Shown here: piece after piece, positions 62,554-64,000 of the stretch
Layout of the letters: each line of letters starts with the position of its first letter
How positions within the stretch are numbered: position 1 is the first letter of the stretch
From: Styela clava
Taxonomy: Eukaryota
Length of the DNA: 64,000 bases
Assembly: GCF_964204865.1 (NCBI RefSeq)
Contig: NC_135256.1
Span: 2,852,001 to 2,916,000, forward strand
Direction of reading: 5' to 3'
The notes under the pieces: generated by a model
What the model saw: only the letters and a program-made list of their open reading frames with translations
What the model was told of the DNA's origin: nothing
The model's database searches: none
Made by a program: the position numbers and the translations under genes

Positions 62554-64000
62554 GTAAGTCGGATATTTCATTTTAACAGGATTATAGCTGTAAGTTCCGT
62601 TTCAAGTACTGTTCAAGTCACATTTTCTAGAGGTACTTTGTGACCCTCATAAAAGAAAATACACGAAAATTTGTTTAACACTATATGTACTTTGGTATAT
62701 ATATGTTGACAATAGTAGTTTTGGTGGTTGCTGGTGACGTCACACTACGTTTTCCCAGTTCTAAAGATTTCCAGGAAAATTCAATTTCGCACTTATTGTT
62801 ATCAGAATATCTCTGCCCAAAGTATTAGTAATATTGGACGCTTTGCACGAAAGTTAGGTTCCCTTCACCGTCTGAAGAATATGTTTCAAATGCCATGTTT
62901 TTTGTTTGGGGGTTACCCTGTGTGTTATTAAAGTGACATGTAATTTGAGACTTATTTTTCTTCGAGGCTTGCAATTTTGGGAGCGCAGGGCGATTTCATT
63001 CATAAAGTTTATCATGTTTCTGCGAATTGTTATATTACTTTGCTCAAAGCGAAGGTGCACAACAAACAACTACTGGTGTCTAAAAAGTCTTTTATGATTT
63101 TTGGTTTAGTTTGTTCTACTTACAAACAGTAATGATTATGCATAATTAACGTTTATAAAATTCAAAATATTTTAAGTATGACATGCGTTAGCGTTGCATA
63201 TTTTGAGATTAGCTACATAATAGAGATTTTTGAAGATATCACTCAACTCAAATATTGCAATGATTTTGGCCAAGAGCGTAGCCCAGTCCAGCATGTGGTG
63301 TGAGGAGGGAAGAGATTTTTCTATATTGACCTAATGCATTTTGCTCGGATCAAAGCAAAGTAAAAACAGCCACTGATATCTTACCTGTCTGTCGAAGTTT
63401 TTCGAATATAACAGATATTGAATAAAAACACCACTGCGTCGGACCTTTTTTGCATTCTTTACCTGAGAAACTTCTTTCGTCATAAATGTGTTTTTTAGCT
63501 GTCAAACTTGATTGGTCGAGAGCTCTAACTTGTTTACTATCAGAATTATCCCAAGTTTTTTTGACGCCATAATTTTTCACGGCGCTCCGGAAGTATTTGT
63601 ACCAAGATGACGCACAACCTGAACCTTAACCTGGTACACATACTATGTTAAGGTTGTGCGCCATCTTGGTACATATACTCTGGGAGCACCCTTGGCTGGG
63701 GCTAGGAAAAGAGTTAACCGGTTAACCTATTTAAAATGGTTAACGGTTACAATTTTTTTTCAACCATCAACTGATATCTCAGGTACAAATCACCGTTATA
63801 CTATACAATTTCTTTAAAAATGATTAGTTGATCACAAATTTATCTCCCGTGACGTTTAATTCAAAATAATAACTGTATTAATAAGCATCTGAAAATGTAA
63901 AAATTATTTAAAGTACTGGTTTTGCTGATCATGAAAATTTGACAATGATAAGTTTAGAAACGGTTTCCGGTCAGAATATATTGTTTACCACCATGGAAGT

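Overview
AT-rich, intron-containing animal genomic DNA, not prokaryotic; the gene families and repeat landscape suggest an invertebrate chordate such as an ascidian (inference only). The + strand carries three conserved genes. These are an intronless ZCCHC7/Air1-2 zinc-knuckle gene (4218-6518), an intronless PP2A catalytic subunit (7565-8512) and an 8-coding-exon REEP1-4-type gene (17686-28457, 364 aa, assembled by hand with consistent splice phases). The right half has a decaying cluster of XK-related genes (3 copies), a young but disabled BEL/Pao LTR retrotransposon (43143-50095, 622-bp LTRs, GTGAT TSD), a C-type-lectin-like pseudogene and a signal-peptide exon. Small mobile elements are dense: about 20 GG-ended MITEs with 8-bp TSDs and TTAGGG motifs (Merlin-like), hAT and Tc1/pogo MITEs, tRNA-derived SINEs and a DINE-1/Helentron-like element. 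Four observations stand out. (1) A family of short non-coding fold-back elements with about 12-bp TSDs carries minimal type I hammerhead ribozymes (Penelope-like); two copies lie in REEP introns. (2) A cluster of composite DR4/IR1 nuclear-receptor-like sites starts at the REEP stop codon. (3) Two diverged XK paralogues share the same net frameshift at the same U-rich site. (4) The LTR element has no canonical PBS. All coordinates were counted by eye and may be off by a few bases.
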